64,000 bases of DNA, taken from the IMG/VR virus record IMGVR_UViG_3300047089_000244, positions 105,967 to 169,966 of that record. One strand, given 5' to 3'. Below are positions 53,770-64,000 of the stretch, piece by piece (positions within the stretch are counted from its first letter, which is position 1; every line of letters starts with the position of its first letter). The stretch comes from a virus. The translations under genes were made by a program, and so were the position numbers. The notes beneath the pieces were generated by a model. It did no database searches. It saw nothing but the letters and a program-made list of their open reading frames with translations, and had not been told where the DNA came from.

Positions 53770-55581
53770 TTAGACTCCGCAGGCACCCGACCTACATTGT
53801 GCTGTGCGAGCGGCATCCTCCTCGAAGGTGACCCCGGTCTGCCCAAGAGCTACCTCGTAAGGTACACCCTCAAGAGGCTGACCTGCACGAGCACCGTTCG
53901 GATAGCACGTCACGCCACGCAGGCGCGGAAGGTATGGATAGAGCGTGTCCGCGAAATCACGAGCCTCACTCGGGTCCGTAATCGGGTACGGTAAGTTGAT
54001 CGTGGATGCAATACCATGGTCCACGTACTCCTGGAGGTCGGCCTGGAATTTGATACGGCGCTCGACATTGTAACTGAGTGCATAGGCATCCTCGATGTCG
54101 TCTGGTGCCACTCCGCTTTCGATCAAACGATGAGCGGTGGGATCAATCACATACTGATACTTCCACTTACCATCAGTGCTATCTAGGAACCGACGCTTAT
54201 ACGCCACGCAGAAGATAGGCTCGGCAGAGGTTGTCGTCTCACCAATGATCCCAATAGTTCCGTTCGGAGCGATGGCTCTCGTCTTAACCGGATGACTGAG
54301 CTTGTGCTTGTCTGCCCATTCACCCGCGATCTCTGTTGATTCTGCATACACCTCCAACCAATCCTGTAACTCTGGCACAATCTCGTATCGGTAACCGCGC
54401 ACAAGTAGCCACTCATGCAGACCCATCAAACCAAGACCAAGACGACGGTTCTTTGAACGGATCTGCTTTACCTTCTCATATGGCACATCCGAGTAGACAG
54501 TACCCGCAAGAAGGAAGAGAGTGCCGAGTCGCACTACCTCAGCAAGCTCCTCGTGACTGTGAATGCGAGCCATGTTGATTGAGCCAAGGTTACATACATC
54601 TGAATCGTCTTCTGATGTGATCTCAGTGCAAGCATTTCGCAAGTTCTCTTGGTTGTTATCTCCTGTATCAATACTGAACCCAGGCTCACCTGTTCCAACC
54701 ATATGCTCGCAAGTGGTGTAGTAGACAGTCTTCGCCAATTCGTGCTGAGGATGATCAGGATTCTCGAACGCCAAGAAGAAATCATCGTCAAGGATGACGG
54801 ATATATTTGTCATGTCGAGAGGAGCCGGAGCTTCTCCGCCAGTCTCAACCGCCGCCTTCTTTGCTGCGACGATCTCAGGTGACCAATCCTTTGCCTCGAT
54901 CCATCTAAACACATCGCCATGGTTCCAATGTAGACCAGCCCAGATAGCTGAACGTCGATGTCCACCCTGCATCACATGACGCGCGATCTCATTAACCATC
55001 TTCGCCGGAGAGAGAGGACCAGTAGCAAAACCACCTGTCTTTTGGATCAACGTGCCGTAGGGGCGTACGTCTGAATAGACAGATCCAATACCACCACCTG
55101 CTGAGAGCGACATGACCGCCTTATGTGTCAAATCAGCCCATCCCTCACGAGAATCTTCACAGCGGAAGAGGAAGCAGTTGTTGGTCTGGTGTACGACCCT
55201 ACCTGACGACGCCAAGTAACGACCGCCCGGTATAAACTTGCGCTGGACGATCAATTGGACCAGAGCTTGGAACTCTGGGTCCTTGTCTGTGTATCCAAGT
55301 GCGCCAAGTACATTCCGCACGACCCGATAGGCAGTGTCGGGCCAGACCTCGATCGGATCTTCGTTCTCATCCTTCCACGAATACTTATCCATGTACTGAA
55401 GAAGAGCCCAAGGACCCATCTCTTCATTGCTAGCTACTACAAAGGGATTCGGTTGTTCATCACTCTCATCATCGAACAAGGGTTCGTCGCCTTGTAGTCC
55501 AAGGGGTTCATCGTTGATAGCTTTGCACGCTATCTCTCCAAAATCGAAACCCGCCTGAGCGGGTAGTGTCGCTGCTTCCAT
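53770..55581 (-). CDS. nrdJ: Ribonucleotide reductase, probably class II (B12-dependent)
   Basis: PGGR, NNCF, QGG.RRSA, GEPG, NACTE finger loop, CNLGSIN, APNGT, C-terminal C...AC; no beta subunit in window. Confidence 0.85.
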   Translation of the reverse strand: MEAATLPAQAGFDFGEIACKAINDEPLGLQGDEPLFDDESDEQPNPFVVASNEEMGPWALLQYMDKYSWKDENEDPIEVWPDTAYRVVRNVLGALGYTDKDPEFQALVQLIVQRKFIPGGRYLASSGRVVHQTNNCFLFRCEDSREGWADLTHKAVMSLSAGGGIGSVYSDVRPYGTLIQKTGGFATGPLSPAKMVNEIARHVMQGGHRRSAIWAGLHWNHGDVFRWIEAKDWSPEIVAAKKAAVETGGEAPAPLDMTNISVILDDDFFLAFENPDHPQHELAKTVYYTTCEHMVGTGEPGFSIDTGDNNQENLRNACTEITSEDDSDVCNLGSINMARIHSHEELAEVVRLGTLFLLAGTVYSDVPYEKVKQIRSKNRRLGLGLMGLHEWLLVRGYRYEIVPELQDWLEVYAESTEIAGEWADKHKLSHPVKTRAIAPNGTIGIIGETTTSAEPIFCVAYKRRFLDSTDGKWKYQYVIDPTAHRLIESGVAPDDIEDAYALSYNVERRIKFQADLQEYVDHGIASTINLPYPITDPSEARDFADTLYPYLPRLRGVTCYPNGARAGQPLEGVPYEVALGQTGVTFEEDAARTAQCRSGACGV

Positions 55582-55861
55582 ATCTTCCTATCTCTGTTTG
55601 TTCCGTACGGGTTATCGTTCGCCCAACCATATCAGATAGTGGGAACCCAGGCTACTCACGAGTCTAAAAAATCTGCGCACTTCAAAGTTGCAGACAGCCG
55701 TGCTATGATCGCGCACCCGCGCGCGAAAAGCCTATTATGTAGTTATACTTCTCGCTATTCATCTCGTACACAGACAGACACTAAGTACTTCACGCAATAC
55801 TTGGGCCTGTTAAGCACGAATAATCGCCAAAACACGCGCGAGGCTCGCTTGCTACTTGGCC

Positions 55862-55871
55862 GTGATAGACT
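55862..55871 (+). promoter_or_regulatory. Extended -10 promoter starting the rightward replication arm
   Basis: GTGATAGACT 7 nt before ATG 55879, at the strand switch. Confidence 0.55.
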
Positions 55872-55878
55872 GCAAGCA

Positions 55879-56190
55879 ATGTCAATCATCCTGACACAAC
55901 GCTGTGTATCTGCGGAACCTTGGTTCATCATGTGGATACCCTCCGCTTCCGAAGATGACAAGGAGTACCGTGTGTTAGTGCCTTGGCCTGATGATAAGGC
56001 AGAGGATCTGACTTGCGAATGTATGTCGTTTGTCCATCGAGGACACTGCCGCCACCAACAAGAGGCTTTCGATTTGCTCTGTCGTTGGACCTCCGTAAAC
56101 GGACCTGAGGAACAGACCAAGGAACAGCACTATCGTCAGGAATGTCCTCGGTGCGGAGAAACGACGATCTTGCAGGCAGAGTTCGAATGA
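55879..56190 (+). CDS. SWIM Zn-finger protein
   Basis: TCECMSF..RGHCRH; C-terminal CPRC. Confidence 0.75.
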   Translation: MSIILTQRCVSAEPWFIMWIPSASEDDKEYRVLVPWPDDKAEDLTCECMSFVHRGHCRHQQEAFDLLCRWTSVNGPEEQTKEQHYRQECPRCGETTILQAEFE

Positions 56191-56203
56191 TAGGATAGGA
56201 GAC

Positions 56204-56794
56204 ATGGCTAACCAACTTCAGCAAATCACCAAGCAACTTGGAACGGCTCACAAAAAGAAGTCGGAGGGCGAGAGGGAACTCAAGGAGTCCCGAAGTAAGT
56301 TCTTTAAAGCGATCGATGAGGAGATCCTGAGCACCGAGACACTAGCTCAGCAAACCATCGAGGTTCCAGAGACAGTCGTTGATGAGGAGACGCTGATCCA
56401 ACACGTCGCAGTCTTCTATCCTGGTTGGCAAGTGGGAGAGGTCGTGTCTTTGGTCTGGGCAGACGAAGCACCCACAGAGATCATCATCGAAGAGAATCCC
56501 GCCTTCAAGAAGTTCGTATATGTCAACCACGAAGACGGCTTCGTCTACAGACGCAATGTCTCGGAGGGTGGTCCATCATTGGATGATGAGCGTCTTAAGG
56601 TTGAGGACCCGGAGTTGTGGAAGCGCATTACTGAGGTCAAGGTTGTGCCAAGGCAACAAGTTCGCGTGCTCAAGGATATGGAAACACTCCCTGACAAGGA
56701 CCTTGCTGCCATGCAGGAGTACTTCGTACCTGGTTCGATGACTGTCAAACTTGACGCTCCTCGTAAAGCGAAACCGGATGAGTTGGATGCGTAG
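56204..56794 (+). CDS. Hypothetical protein
   Basis: AGGAG RBS; 196 aa. Confidence 0.7.
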   Translation: MANQLQQITKQLGTAHKKKSEGERELKESRSKFFKAIDEEILSTETLAQQTIEVPETVVDEETLIQHVAVFYPGWQVGEVVSLVWADEAPTEIIIEENPAFKKFVYVNHEDGFVYRRNVSEGGPSLDDERLKVEDPELWKRITEVKVVPRQQVRVLKDMETLPDKDLAAMQEYFVPGSMTVKLDAPRKAKPDELDA

Positions 56795-57085
56795 ATGCGC
56801 ACGACAACCCGAGTCAATTGGCGATTTACTTTCACGATCTCAGACTTGGGACGACTACTTGGAAAGTCTCCAGTTACTCTCCGAGGCTGGGATGATAAAG
56901 GACTGGTCGATATCCCTCGGGACCCCTCAGGGGACCGCAAGCTTGCCTGTGCAGATATCCGTACGATTGCCGATCGAGCTTACGAGCTTGGTCGTATCAA
57001 TCGTCGCCGTGCCAATCTAGTGCATGCTACTATGACACTCATAGAGCAGATCGAAGCAGAGAATAACTGGAAGGCAAAACAATGA
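56795..57085 (+). CDS. MerR-type HTH protein
   Basis: TISDLGRLLGKSPVTLRGWDDKGL...RDPSGDR. Confidence 0.75.
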   Translation: MRTTTRVNWRFTFTISDLGRLLGKSPVTLRGWDDKGLVDIPRDPSGDRKLACADIRTIADRAYELGRINRRRANLVHATMTLIEQIEAENNWKAKQ

Positions 57086-57729
57086 CCGATCTACGTATTG
57101 GCATCCTTGGAGCACCGGGGTCAGGCAAGAGCGCGTTTGCGAAATCTCTAGCTACGGCAGTTCGCAAAGAGAGAGGTAAGTTCCCCGTCCTTCAGCCAGT
57201 CAACGTTGTGGATGGCTACATGGATAGCCTCACCAAGCGTACCGGCTACGCATTTGACATCTTTGCCACCTATCCGCAGAATCTACAGATCCTCTTTGAG
57301 CGATGGACTCGTGAGCAGGAGGTAGAAAAATCAGGGTGCCACACCTTGATCTCCGTCGGCTCTCTCTACGAAACGATTCTGTACACCGGCCTGCGTGTCA
57401 ACTCTGGGCTTGCGCTGAAATCTGACAAAACGATTCAGATGCAAGGTCGTGTCAGCATGGAAATGCTTGGCGTCACTCAATCTCTGATTGCCACCCACGA
57501 CCTGCTATTGTTCCTACCATACACGAGCAAGACACTCGCGGAGAAGGGTCGCTCCTACGATGTAGCTATCAATGAGAAGCTACCTGAAGTAGTAGCTGGG
57601 TACTTCCGTCCGCTCACCACACTTACAGGTACGACAAAGACAAAGGTAACGGATGCCCTCACCGCCATCAAGTCCATCGAAGAGTGGAAGGCCACGCTCC
57701 CTTCCGTGGATGAGCAACTCCCAGTTTGA
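57082..57729 (+). CDS. P-loop NTPase / nucleotide kinase-like protein
   Basis: GAPGSGKS. Confidence 0.7.
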   Translation: MTDLRIGILGAPGSGKSAFAKSLATAVRKERGKFPVLQPVNVVDGYMDSLTKRTGYAFDIFATYPQNLQILFERWTREQEVEKSGCHTLISVGSLYETILYTGLRVNSGLALKSDKTIQMQGRVSMEMLGVTQSLIATHDLLLFLPYTSKTLAEKGRSYDVAINEKLPEVVAGYFRPLTTLTGTTKTKVTDALTAIKSIEEWKATLPSVDEQLPV

Positions 57730-58504
57730 AGAAGTCGAGAGGTTGATCAAAGCATCACCTACGAAGACCAATCAATGCCCAACGTGTGGAGCTAAAGCCG
57801 ATGAGGTAGCTCCGGGTGTAACGGAGTGGGGCAACAGCACGTATCGTTACCTGGATGAGGATCATCCTTGCGATTGCGAGGAACAAGAGGCACTGTTCCG
57901 TCACTACCTCCTCGCGCATATTCCTCAGGAGTACATGAACCTTGGGCTTGACAACTACTATGGCGATGAGGATGCTTTGGCTGCCGCCTCTGCATATTTG
58001 GAAAAATGGTCCAACTTCCGCAAGCACGGAATGGGTCTAGGCTTCTATTCTAAGGCCCAAGGGACAGGTAAGACCTTCCTTGCTTGTTACCTCGCGCGTG
58101 AGCTAGTCAAACGAGGGGAGTCGGTCTACTACGTCTACTTCCGGAATGTCGTGAACACCTATGAGCTATCGCATGAGAATCGTAAAGACGAGGAGGATCG
58201 TCTGCGAGACTGCACCGTACTCATCCTGGATGAGGTAGCTCGCCCTGTGTCTGAGGCGCAGCGTACACTCTTTGCTGAGAAGTTCGAGGAGTTGATCCGG
58301 CATCGGAGCAACTACAACAAAATCACGATACTTACAACGAACTTAACCCCAACAGAGCTTGATGAAATCTACCCCCGCACATACTCACTCCTCGCCGCGA
58401 AGGAGCAATCCATTAAAGTGGCTGGCAACGACGCGCGCAAGGAAGGGGTCTGGAGCGTCAACAAGGAACTCGTAGAAAATGGCGAAGTCCGACCAATCAT
58501 TTAG
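57710..58504 (+). CDS. DnaC/IstB-like helicase loader
   Basis: CxxC..CDC Zn motif, GTGKT, LILDE, TTNL. Confidence 0.85.
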   Translation: MSNSQFEEVERLIKASPTKTNQCPTCGAKADEVAPGVTEWGNSTYRYLDEDHPCDCEEQEALFRHYLLAHIPQEYMNLGLDNYYGDEDALAAASAYLEKWSNFRKHGMGLGFYSKAQGTGKTFLACYLARELVKRGESVYYVYFRNVVNTYELSHENRKDEEDRLRDCTVLILDEVARPVSEAQRTLFAEKFEELIRHRSNYNKITILTTNLTPTELDEIYPRTYSLLAAKEQSIKVAGNDARKEGVWSVNKELVENGEVRPII

Positions 58505-58512
58505 GAGGCATT

Positions 58513-59130
58513 ATGTGGTTTGTAGTCAGTAAGAAGCGGTATGAGAGGCAAGTTAAATTAGCCAAAGCCCGTCGCGAGCAAATACTAGCTCAAGACCTGG
58601 CGCTTGCCGCTAGACAACGATACCTGGATCAAGCTCAAGCGATCCTGAAAAGTACTGAACGCGAGAAGGTGTTAACTGATCTAGAGGAAGCATTAAATCT
58701 TGTGCAGGCATACCAACGTGCGTTAGACACCCTGTCGGCTGCCGATCCTAATATCACACGCGCTAATGATTTACTCCGGGCATGGGATAAGGTTCCGGAG
58801 AGCAAAACTTATCTTGGCATGCGAACACATGCCGATTGGAACGAGCACATGGGCGAGCCGCCCCCTCAAGTCAAAACATTCATGGGGCCTCGGCCCGAGG
58901 CAGTTGATCGTTGGAAACACGAGGAGAAGGAATGGGGCGACGAGGCGTATGGCACAGCCTATGTTCGCATCGAGGCCGAGGCTGTCGAGGAGGGCAATAA
59001 GAAGGAGCCTGGCTACACACGCGCACATCTGCGCTTCGTGGACTTAGACGCAGAGGACCCACCCATCCTAGCCGCAGCTAAGGCAACAACCGAGGAAGCC
59101 GGTTTTCCTGAGCCTGATACCCTCGACTAA
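58513..59130 (+). CDS. Hypothetical protein
   Basis: AGGAGG RBS. Confidence 0.65.
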   Translation: MWFVVSKKRYERQVKLAKARREQILAQDLALAARQRYLDQAQAILKSTEREKVLTDLEEALNLVQAYQRALDTLSAADPNITRANDLLRAWDKVPESKTYLGMRTHADWNEHMGEPPPQVKTFMGPRPEAVDRWKHEEKEWGDEAYGTAYVRIEAEAVEEGNKKEPGYTRAHLRFVDLDAEDPPILAAAKATTEEAGFPEPDTLD

Positions 59131-60347
59131 TGGCTGTAGACCCTGACATCGAGCTACTATCACATTTGCCGGACCCTGATGCGTGGGTTGTCCTGCGTGG
59201 TGAGGGGTTTCGAGATACCCTGATTGAGGACGATGCTGTCTGCACGATCTATCAGTGGGCTGACCAGCACTACCGTGAGCACGGACAGGTAGCGACGGCT
59301 GCTGTTCTGGACGAGGAGTTTGAGATCGATTTCACGGAGCCAGAAACGGCGATCGGTGATCTCATTGACCGCATGCGCCAGCGGTACATGAAGAATCAGG
59401 GGCGCGATGCTATGCGAGCCATTGGGGAGCAGTTCAAAGAGGACCCATCGGGTGTTCCTAAGCTTCTTCTCCAGCAAGGCAAGGAGCTAACTGATCTACT
59501 CAGCCGACACGGCGAAATGTATGGCACGGGCGATGTCGATCGCACGCTCAAGGGATATCTTGACAAGGCAACTAAAGGACCCGGCCCTAGCCTTGGCTTC
59601 AAGACTCTGGACGATTACTTCTATGGACAGCGTGGCATCACCGTCTACGCAGGCCCACCAAAGACATGGAAGTCCTGGTTCATGGTCAAGGGCGTCATTG
59701 AAAACATCTTCCAGGGCAGCTATCCGTGGCTCTATCCACTGGAGCTTCCTGCTGAAGAAACCAACATGCGATTGATTTGCATGATCTCTGACATCCCTTG
59801 GCATAAGTACATTCACAACACTATCTCTCGCGACGAGCAGAAGATGATGAAAGAAGTCTCCAAAGACTTGGACGAAATGGGTGTATACAAGATCGTCCAA
59901 CCTCCACAGGGTGAACGCTCAGCCGATGAACTAATTGGGAAAGCTCAGGATGCCGGTGCCGGTTCGATCTGGGTCGATCAGCTTCAGTATGTAGAGGTAG
60001 AAGGCAAGTCTCTGGGTGCGTGGAATGAGACGGGTAAGTACTGGGAGGTCCTTGACCGCTCACGCAACTTGACTGATAATATCTGCTACGCTCATCAGTT
60101 CAATCGCTCTGTGATGAACGCAGATAAAATGCCATCGGTGCAGCAACTCAAGGGATCGTCTGCTATTGAGGAGACGGCGACCTTAGCTCTTGGATTGTGG
60201 GCCAGCAAAGAGATGCGCAAGTCTAAGCGCTTAGAAGTTGGTACACTCATCTCTCGTAACCACGATTTCCGTAGCTGGGAAGTAGAGGTAGACCTGACCC
60301 ATCGCTGTAACTTTGAGATCACCGGGGTGGTAGAGGACGATGAGTAG
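59130..60347 (+). CDS. DnaB-like (SF4) replicative helicase
   Basis: GPPKTWKS, LE, IWVDQLQ, QFNR, KGSSAIEE. Confidence 0.85.
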   Translation: MAVDPDIELLSHLPDPDAWVVLRGEGFRDTLIEDDAVCTIYQWADQHYREHGQVATAAVLDEEFEIDFTEPETAIGDLIDRMRQRYMKNQGRDAMRAIGEQFKEDPSGVPKLLLQQGKELTDLLSRHGEMYGTGDVDRTLKGYLDKATKGPGPSLGFKTLDDYFYGQRGITVYAGPPKTWKSWFMVKGVIENIFQGSYPWLYPLELPAEETNMRLICMISDIPWHKYIHNTISRDEQKMMKEVSKDLDEMGVYKIVQPPQGERSADELIGKAQDAGAGSIWVDQLQYVEVEGKSLGAWNETGKYWEVLDRSRNLTDNICYAHQFNRSVMNADKMPSVQQLKGSSAIEETATLALGLWASKEMRKSKRLEVGTLISRNHDFRSWEVEVDLTHRCNFEITGVVEDDE

Positions 60348-60636
60348 CATGAGGATTGTGCGTCGAGGCCGACGGCCCAAGGACATCATGCCTGATCCCG
60401 ACCCTACCCCTATCCCCAACTGGTTGGATGACCCAAAGGAGGTTGCGCCATGCCCTTGCGGTCAGCCACCTGATGACAATTGTATGTTGATCGAGGGAGA
60501 CGTACCTCTTAGTCGGTGGTTCCATATGGGTTGCCTCGATTTTCTGGAGAAAGAGATGGACGAGGAGGAAATCGCAGAAAAGCGCGAGTGGGAACAGTAC
60601 ATGCGACGCATGAAAGAAGGAGATGACGATGAGTAA
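60340..60636 (+). CDS. Small Zn-finger protein
   Basis: CPCG...WFHMGC. Confidence 0.55.
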   Translation: MSSMRIVRRGRRPKDIMPDPDPTPIPNWLDDPKEVAPCPCGQPPDDNCMLIEGDVPLSRWFHMGCLDFLEKEMDEEEIAEKREWEQYMRRMKEGDDDE

Positions 60637-61726
60637 ACATAAACTGGAGTACAAAGACTTTGTAGACTCGATCGATCTTGATGCTTTTGAGGAGGCTATT
60701 GAGTTTGACCCTATCGAACATAAGAACGGCGAGGACATTGGCTACTGTCCTGACCTATGGGGACTTCATAAGCATGGAGATTCGACGGGTAAGTTTGCCA
60801 TCAATCGAGAGAAGCGCGTCTACCATTGCTTTGTGTGTGGAGGCGGCACTTTGCTTTCTTTAGCGATGGAGTTCTGTGACTGTGAGGAAGAGACGGCAAC
60901 TGAGTGGATCTATCAGTTCGCTCACGGAGATGTACGTACCGACACAGAGTTCGTAGAGGACTTCATGAAGCTGTTGGATGTCTACAAGGAGAAGAAGGGT
61001 GATCGTATGCCCTACTTCAACGAGCATGTCCTGAGCCAGTTCGACTCTCGTTACCACGCCCCTGATCGAGAACATACCTCAACCCCTTGGTACGCGGATC
61101 GATGCATCTCTGAAGAGGTACAACAGGAATTCCGACTTAGCTATGGCAGGGAGCATAAGAAGGTAGCACCCATCCGAGGGGGCGAGAAGATCGACGTGGA
61201 TTATCACGGCCCGTGCATAGTGTTCCCTCACTTCTGGGAAGGAAGACTGGTGGGCTGGCAGCACCGCTGGCTTAATCACGGCAAGGATACACCCAAGTGG
61301 CTACCTAAGTACACCAATACGAGTGACTTTCCGAAATCGCACACGCTCTATAACTACGACCGAGCTATCAAAAATCTTGATAACCGCGTAATTGTGGTTG
61401 AGTCGGTACCCACAGTCCTCTTCCTTGCCAGCATGGGGCTTACGGCAGTTGCCACGTTCGGTTCAGGCGCAGTAGAGAGTCAGCTATGTCTCTTACGGAG
61501 ATTTCAAGGGGGCGTCATCATCTCCCCGGACAACGATGCTCCAGGTGAGAAGTTCGCCAAGGCTGCGCGAGATTATCTAGAGCGCTATGTTGATGTGACC
61601 GTGCTGTTTCCTGTAGAGCTAGGTGAGGGAGCAGATCTCGGAGATTACGCACAAACGCGCGATCCCGTAGGCAATCTTTATGACCATATAGAAGAAGGTG
61701 GCCAGGATAATTTAGGGCTATCCTGA
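60623..61726 (+). CDS. DnaG-like primase
   Basis: CHC2 Zn domain (C..H...HCFVC), KY.N, TOPRIM VVES...DNDAPG. Confidence 0.85.
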   Translation: MTMSKHKLEYKDFVDSIDLDAFEEAIEFDPIEHKNGEDIGYCPDLWGLHKHGDSTGKFAINREKRVYHCFVCGGGTLLSLAMEFCDCEEETATEWIYQFAHGDVRTDTEFVEDFMKLLDVYKEKKGDRMPYFNEHVLSQFDSRYHAPDREHTSTPWYADRCISEEVQQEFRLSYGREHKKVAPIRGGEKIDVDYHGPCIVFPHFWEGRLVGWQHRWLNHGKDTPKWLPKYTNTSDFPKSHTLYNYDRAIKNLDNRVIVVESVPTVLFLASMGLTAVATFGSGAVESQLCLLRRFQGGVIISPDNDAPGEKFAKAARDYLERYVDVTVLFPVELGEGADLGDYAQTRDPVGNLYDHIEEGGQDNLGLS

Positions 61727-61980
61727 AACATAATAAGTGATGGGATTCACGAAGACACAGAGTGTTGAGAAGGTGGAGGTCTTGACCCCCGACGAGCATC
61801 AACGTATCTCTAAGGGTCTTCGTAAACTTGGTAAGGCAAATATGCAAGACCTCTCTGAGGACGAGCGTAGGCGTCTGCTAGACTCATCTGAGTAATCAAG
61901 TAAGGTCCATTAGAGGGCCTGCTACACTCACAAATAGAACGACGGCCATAGGGGTAACCCGGCCAAAGGAGATAGACTAG

Positions 61981-63075
61981 ATGTCTGAGATTCGTAGAGG
62001 TTCCGCAGCAATCCAGGAGGCCGCAAAGTCTTCTGGCAAGGGTGGAGAGTTCCATCCTTTCCTTCCGGCAATCTACTGGAAGGATGATCAAGAGGAGCGA
62101 TACATTCTCTTCCTCAATGAGATCGAGGATACACCGCTCTTCGACATGCTCCAGTATATTCCTGTGGAGGGAGGTTACTTTCAGGAAACGGTATCGAAGA
62201 CCGATCAGTTCTTCGGCGAAAAGTCCGATGTGTTCGAGAAGGATTGGGATGCAACACCTCGCAAAACCAACGTCGCCATCGCGGTCGAGCTTGAGCCGGT
62301 GGTAGAGGTCGTCAACAAACGTCGTAAGCCGCGAGGCTTCGAGGTCAAGACGATCGAGTATGAGCGTCGCGTCTTTGATGATGACGGCGAGGCAACGGAT
62401 GAGACAGAGGAGGTCACGGCTCCGGCTGTGGGTTATGTGGCGCAGAGCCCAAACAACTTCTTCAACCAGATCAGCAACTACGATGCGAACGAGGCTCCGG
62501 TTACTGAGACAGCGCTGAAGGTTACTCGTATTGGCAAGGACAAGACCACTGTCTACCAGATCGTTGGGTACGACGAATTGCCTATCGATCTCACCAACTT
62601 GGTCGGCTATGTAGATGGCATTAGCTATCTCGGTGACGATCTTGATCCTCTTCTCGATAAGATCGAGGAGCTTACGCCGGAGGAGGCTGCATTGGTCATC
62701 GGCAAGACGCTTCTTGACAAACGCGAAGAGGAACTGATTGACGACGACCGCTATCAGGAGTTGCTTGATGGTGTTATTGAGCGCGGCGAGTCCTTGGACA
62801 AGTTCGGTAACAAGAAAAACAAGAAAAAGGAAAAAGATCCCCCGAGGAGTCGTGCGGCTCAGCGTCGAACGACTAGGGAAGAGCGTGTCACGCGCGAGGA
62901 GACAGTTGATTCTGGCGATGAGCCGGATGAGCCTGCCTCTGATCCCGAGCCTGTCGAGGAGGTCAAGTCTGCTCGGAAAACCAAAGCCAAGAAAACAACT
63001 GCCAAACAGAACCCTGAGGTTCGTATGGCAGAGTTGCGCGCGAAGGCTGCCGAGAGAGCAAAAGCGCGAAAGTAA
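61981..63075 (+). CDS. Putative ssDNA-binding protein
   Basis: Position in replication module; K.TR.G....T.Y OB-like strand; charged tail. Confidence 0.5.
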   Translation: MSEIRRGSAAIQEAAKSSGKGGEFHPFLPAIYWKDDQEERYILFLNEIEDTPLFDMLQYIPVEGGYFQETVSKTDQFFGEKSDVFEKDWDATPRKTNVAIAVELEPVVEVVNKRRKPRGFEVKTIEYERRVFDDDGEATDETEEVTAPAVGYVAQSPNNFFNQISNYDANEAPVTETALKVTRIGKDKTTVYQIVGYDELPIDLTNLVGYVDGISYLGDDLDPLLDKIEELTPEEAALVIGKTLLDKREEELIDDDRYQELLDGVIERGESLDKFGNKKNKKKEKDPPRSRAAQRRTTREERVTREETVDSGDEPDEPASDPEPVEEVKSARKTKAKKTTAKQNPEVRMAELRAKAAERAKARK

Positions 63076-63080
63076 CGCGC

Positions 63081-63557
63081 ATGCTCGATCCCAAGAAAGG
63101 CATTGCTCTATTCACCGATGGGTCATCCTGGTATAAGGATGGCTCCGGTGGATGGGCATGGTGTGCCATCGATTGTTTTGGCGGCGAAGAGATTGGCTCT
63201 GGCTATGTCTCTGATACCACGAACAATCGTATGGAGATGTTGGCATGGGTCAAGGGTCTGAACTATTTGGTCGGAACCCTTGGCCCGTGTGATGTCCTTC
63301 TTTACAGCGACAGTCAGTACGTAGGATATGGAGCTATGAGCCCCGCTCGAACCCGCAAAAAGAACCAAGATCTATGGAAAGAGATCGATGAAGCTATCGA
63401 TCAGCATCTCTCAGTGGAGTTCGTCTGGGTCAAGGGGCATCACGAGAGCCATTACAACAAACTAGTCGATGAGTTAGCAGGGAATGCCAGGAAGATGGGA
63501 CCCAATAGAGACCAAACTTGGAGTGATTGGATCAAAGATGAGCCTGCATGTACATAG
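63081..63557 (+). CDS. rnhA: Ribonuclease HI
   Basis: FTDGS, TNNRMEM, SDSQY, KNQDLW, WVKGH...N..VDELA. Confidence 0.92.
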   Translation: MLDPKKGIALFTDGSSWYKDGSGGWAWCAIDCFGGEEIGSGYVSDTTNNRMEMLAWVKGLNYLVGTLGPCDVLLYSDSQYVGYGAMSPARTRKKNQDLWKEIDEAIDQHLSVEFVWVKGHHESHYNKLVDELAGNARKMGPNRDQTWSDWIKDEPACT

Positions 63558-64000
63558 CGAGTACTCTTCCTTAGATGGGTGGTCCACGGTCGATGAGATC
63601 GCGGAGCGCATGCTGGAGATCAAGTGCCCGTTTTGCGGGCTCACTGATCACGGCGTGGTAGCTGGCCACATTGAGTTTGATAAGGCCATGCGCAGCCGAG
63701 GGCTCAACCCTGTGTTCGGCGCAGAGCTATATCATGGTGTTAAGTTTGACAATCTCGCGAAAAAGGAGCGAGATCAAGCCCATCTTATTGCGTTAGCTAT
63801 GACAGACGAGGGGCTCAAGAACCTCTGGCGGCTCACCAATGCCACATCTGATAAGGACCACTTCCATCACGTCGGACGTGTGACTAATGAGGACATTGTG
63901 AAGTACAAGGAGGGGATCAAGTTCACATCTGCTTGTCCACTTGGTCTCGTTCCAATGGGTCTACGTAAAGGCGACACTACGATGCTCAATTGGAACGAGA
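63538..64000 (+). CDS. dnaE: DNA polymerase III alpha subunit (PHP domain), truncated by window edge
   Basis: Not in the ORF track: MSLHVHSEYSSLDG...LTDHG...PVFGAELY...HLIALA...GLKNL; GTG at 63523 is an alternative start. Confidence 0.88.
   Translation, partial: MSLHVHSEYSSLDGWSTVDEIAERMLEIKCPFCGLTDHGVVAGHIEFDKAMRSRGLNPVFGAELYHGVKFDNLAKKERDQAHLIALAMTDEGLKNLWRLTNATSDKDHFHHVGRVTNEDIVKYKEGIKFTSACPLGLVPMGLRKGDTTMLNWNE

Noticed and set aside
32517-60347. Inteins or group I introns in terL, RNR or helicase
   Set aside because: ORFs are continuous and of normal length, with no evident intein splice motifs
1-64000. Stop-codon recoding
   Set aside because: Long conserved genes are intact in code 11, all three stops end genes, and no clear suppressor tRNA was found

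Overview
64 kb of a large tailed-phage genome, probably infecting an actinobacterium (inferred from TGnTA[CG]ACT promoters sitting 6-8 nt before ATGs, a GH25-like lysin and a YkuD L,D-transpeptidase). Bases 1-55.6 kb are transcribed on the minus strand and carry tail-fibre/collagen genes, small accessory genes, head-region proteins, portal, large terminase, holin/lysin, an RNA-gene array (39.2-50.5 kb), an RNA ligase, ClpP and a class II ribonucleotide reductase. From 55.9 kb the plus strand carries replication genes: helicase loader, DnaB-like helicase, primase, SSB-like protein, RNase H and the start of DnaE. The RNA array holds about 39 CCA-less tRNAs covering all 20 amino acids, a tmRNA, an RNase P RNA of unusual architecture, several non-canonical tRNA-like RNAs, Pth2, HNH genes and many unexplained structured spacers. 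Best candidate novel system: a nearly self-contained phage tRNA maturation, repair and ribosome-rescue system with its own RNase P ribozyme. Its CCA-adding enzyme is the last module of a 1235-aa multi-module protein punctuated by a [KRH]-x-A motif shared with the portal and other head-region proteins, suggesting protease-processed virion cargo. Other highlights are an HNH gene with a 75-nt tRNA in frame after its second codon, tRNA-HNH-tRNA-remnant modules, and two tandem genes built from variable segments joined by a repeated ~20-bp in-frame linker. All calls were made by eye; no searches or folding programs were run.
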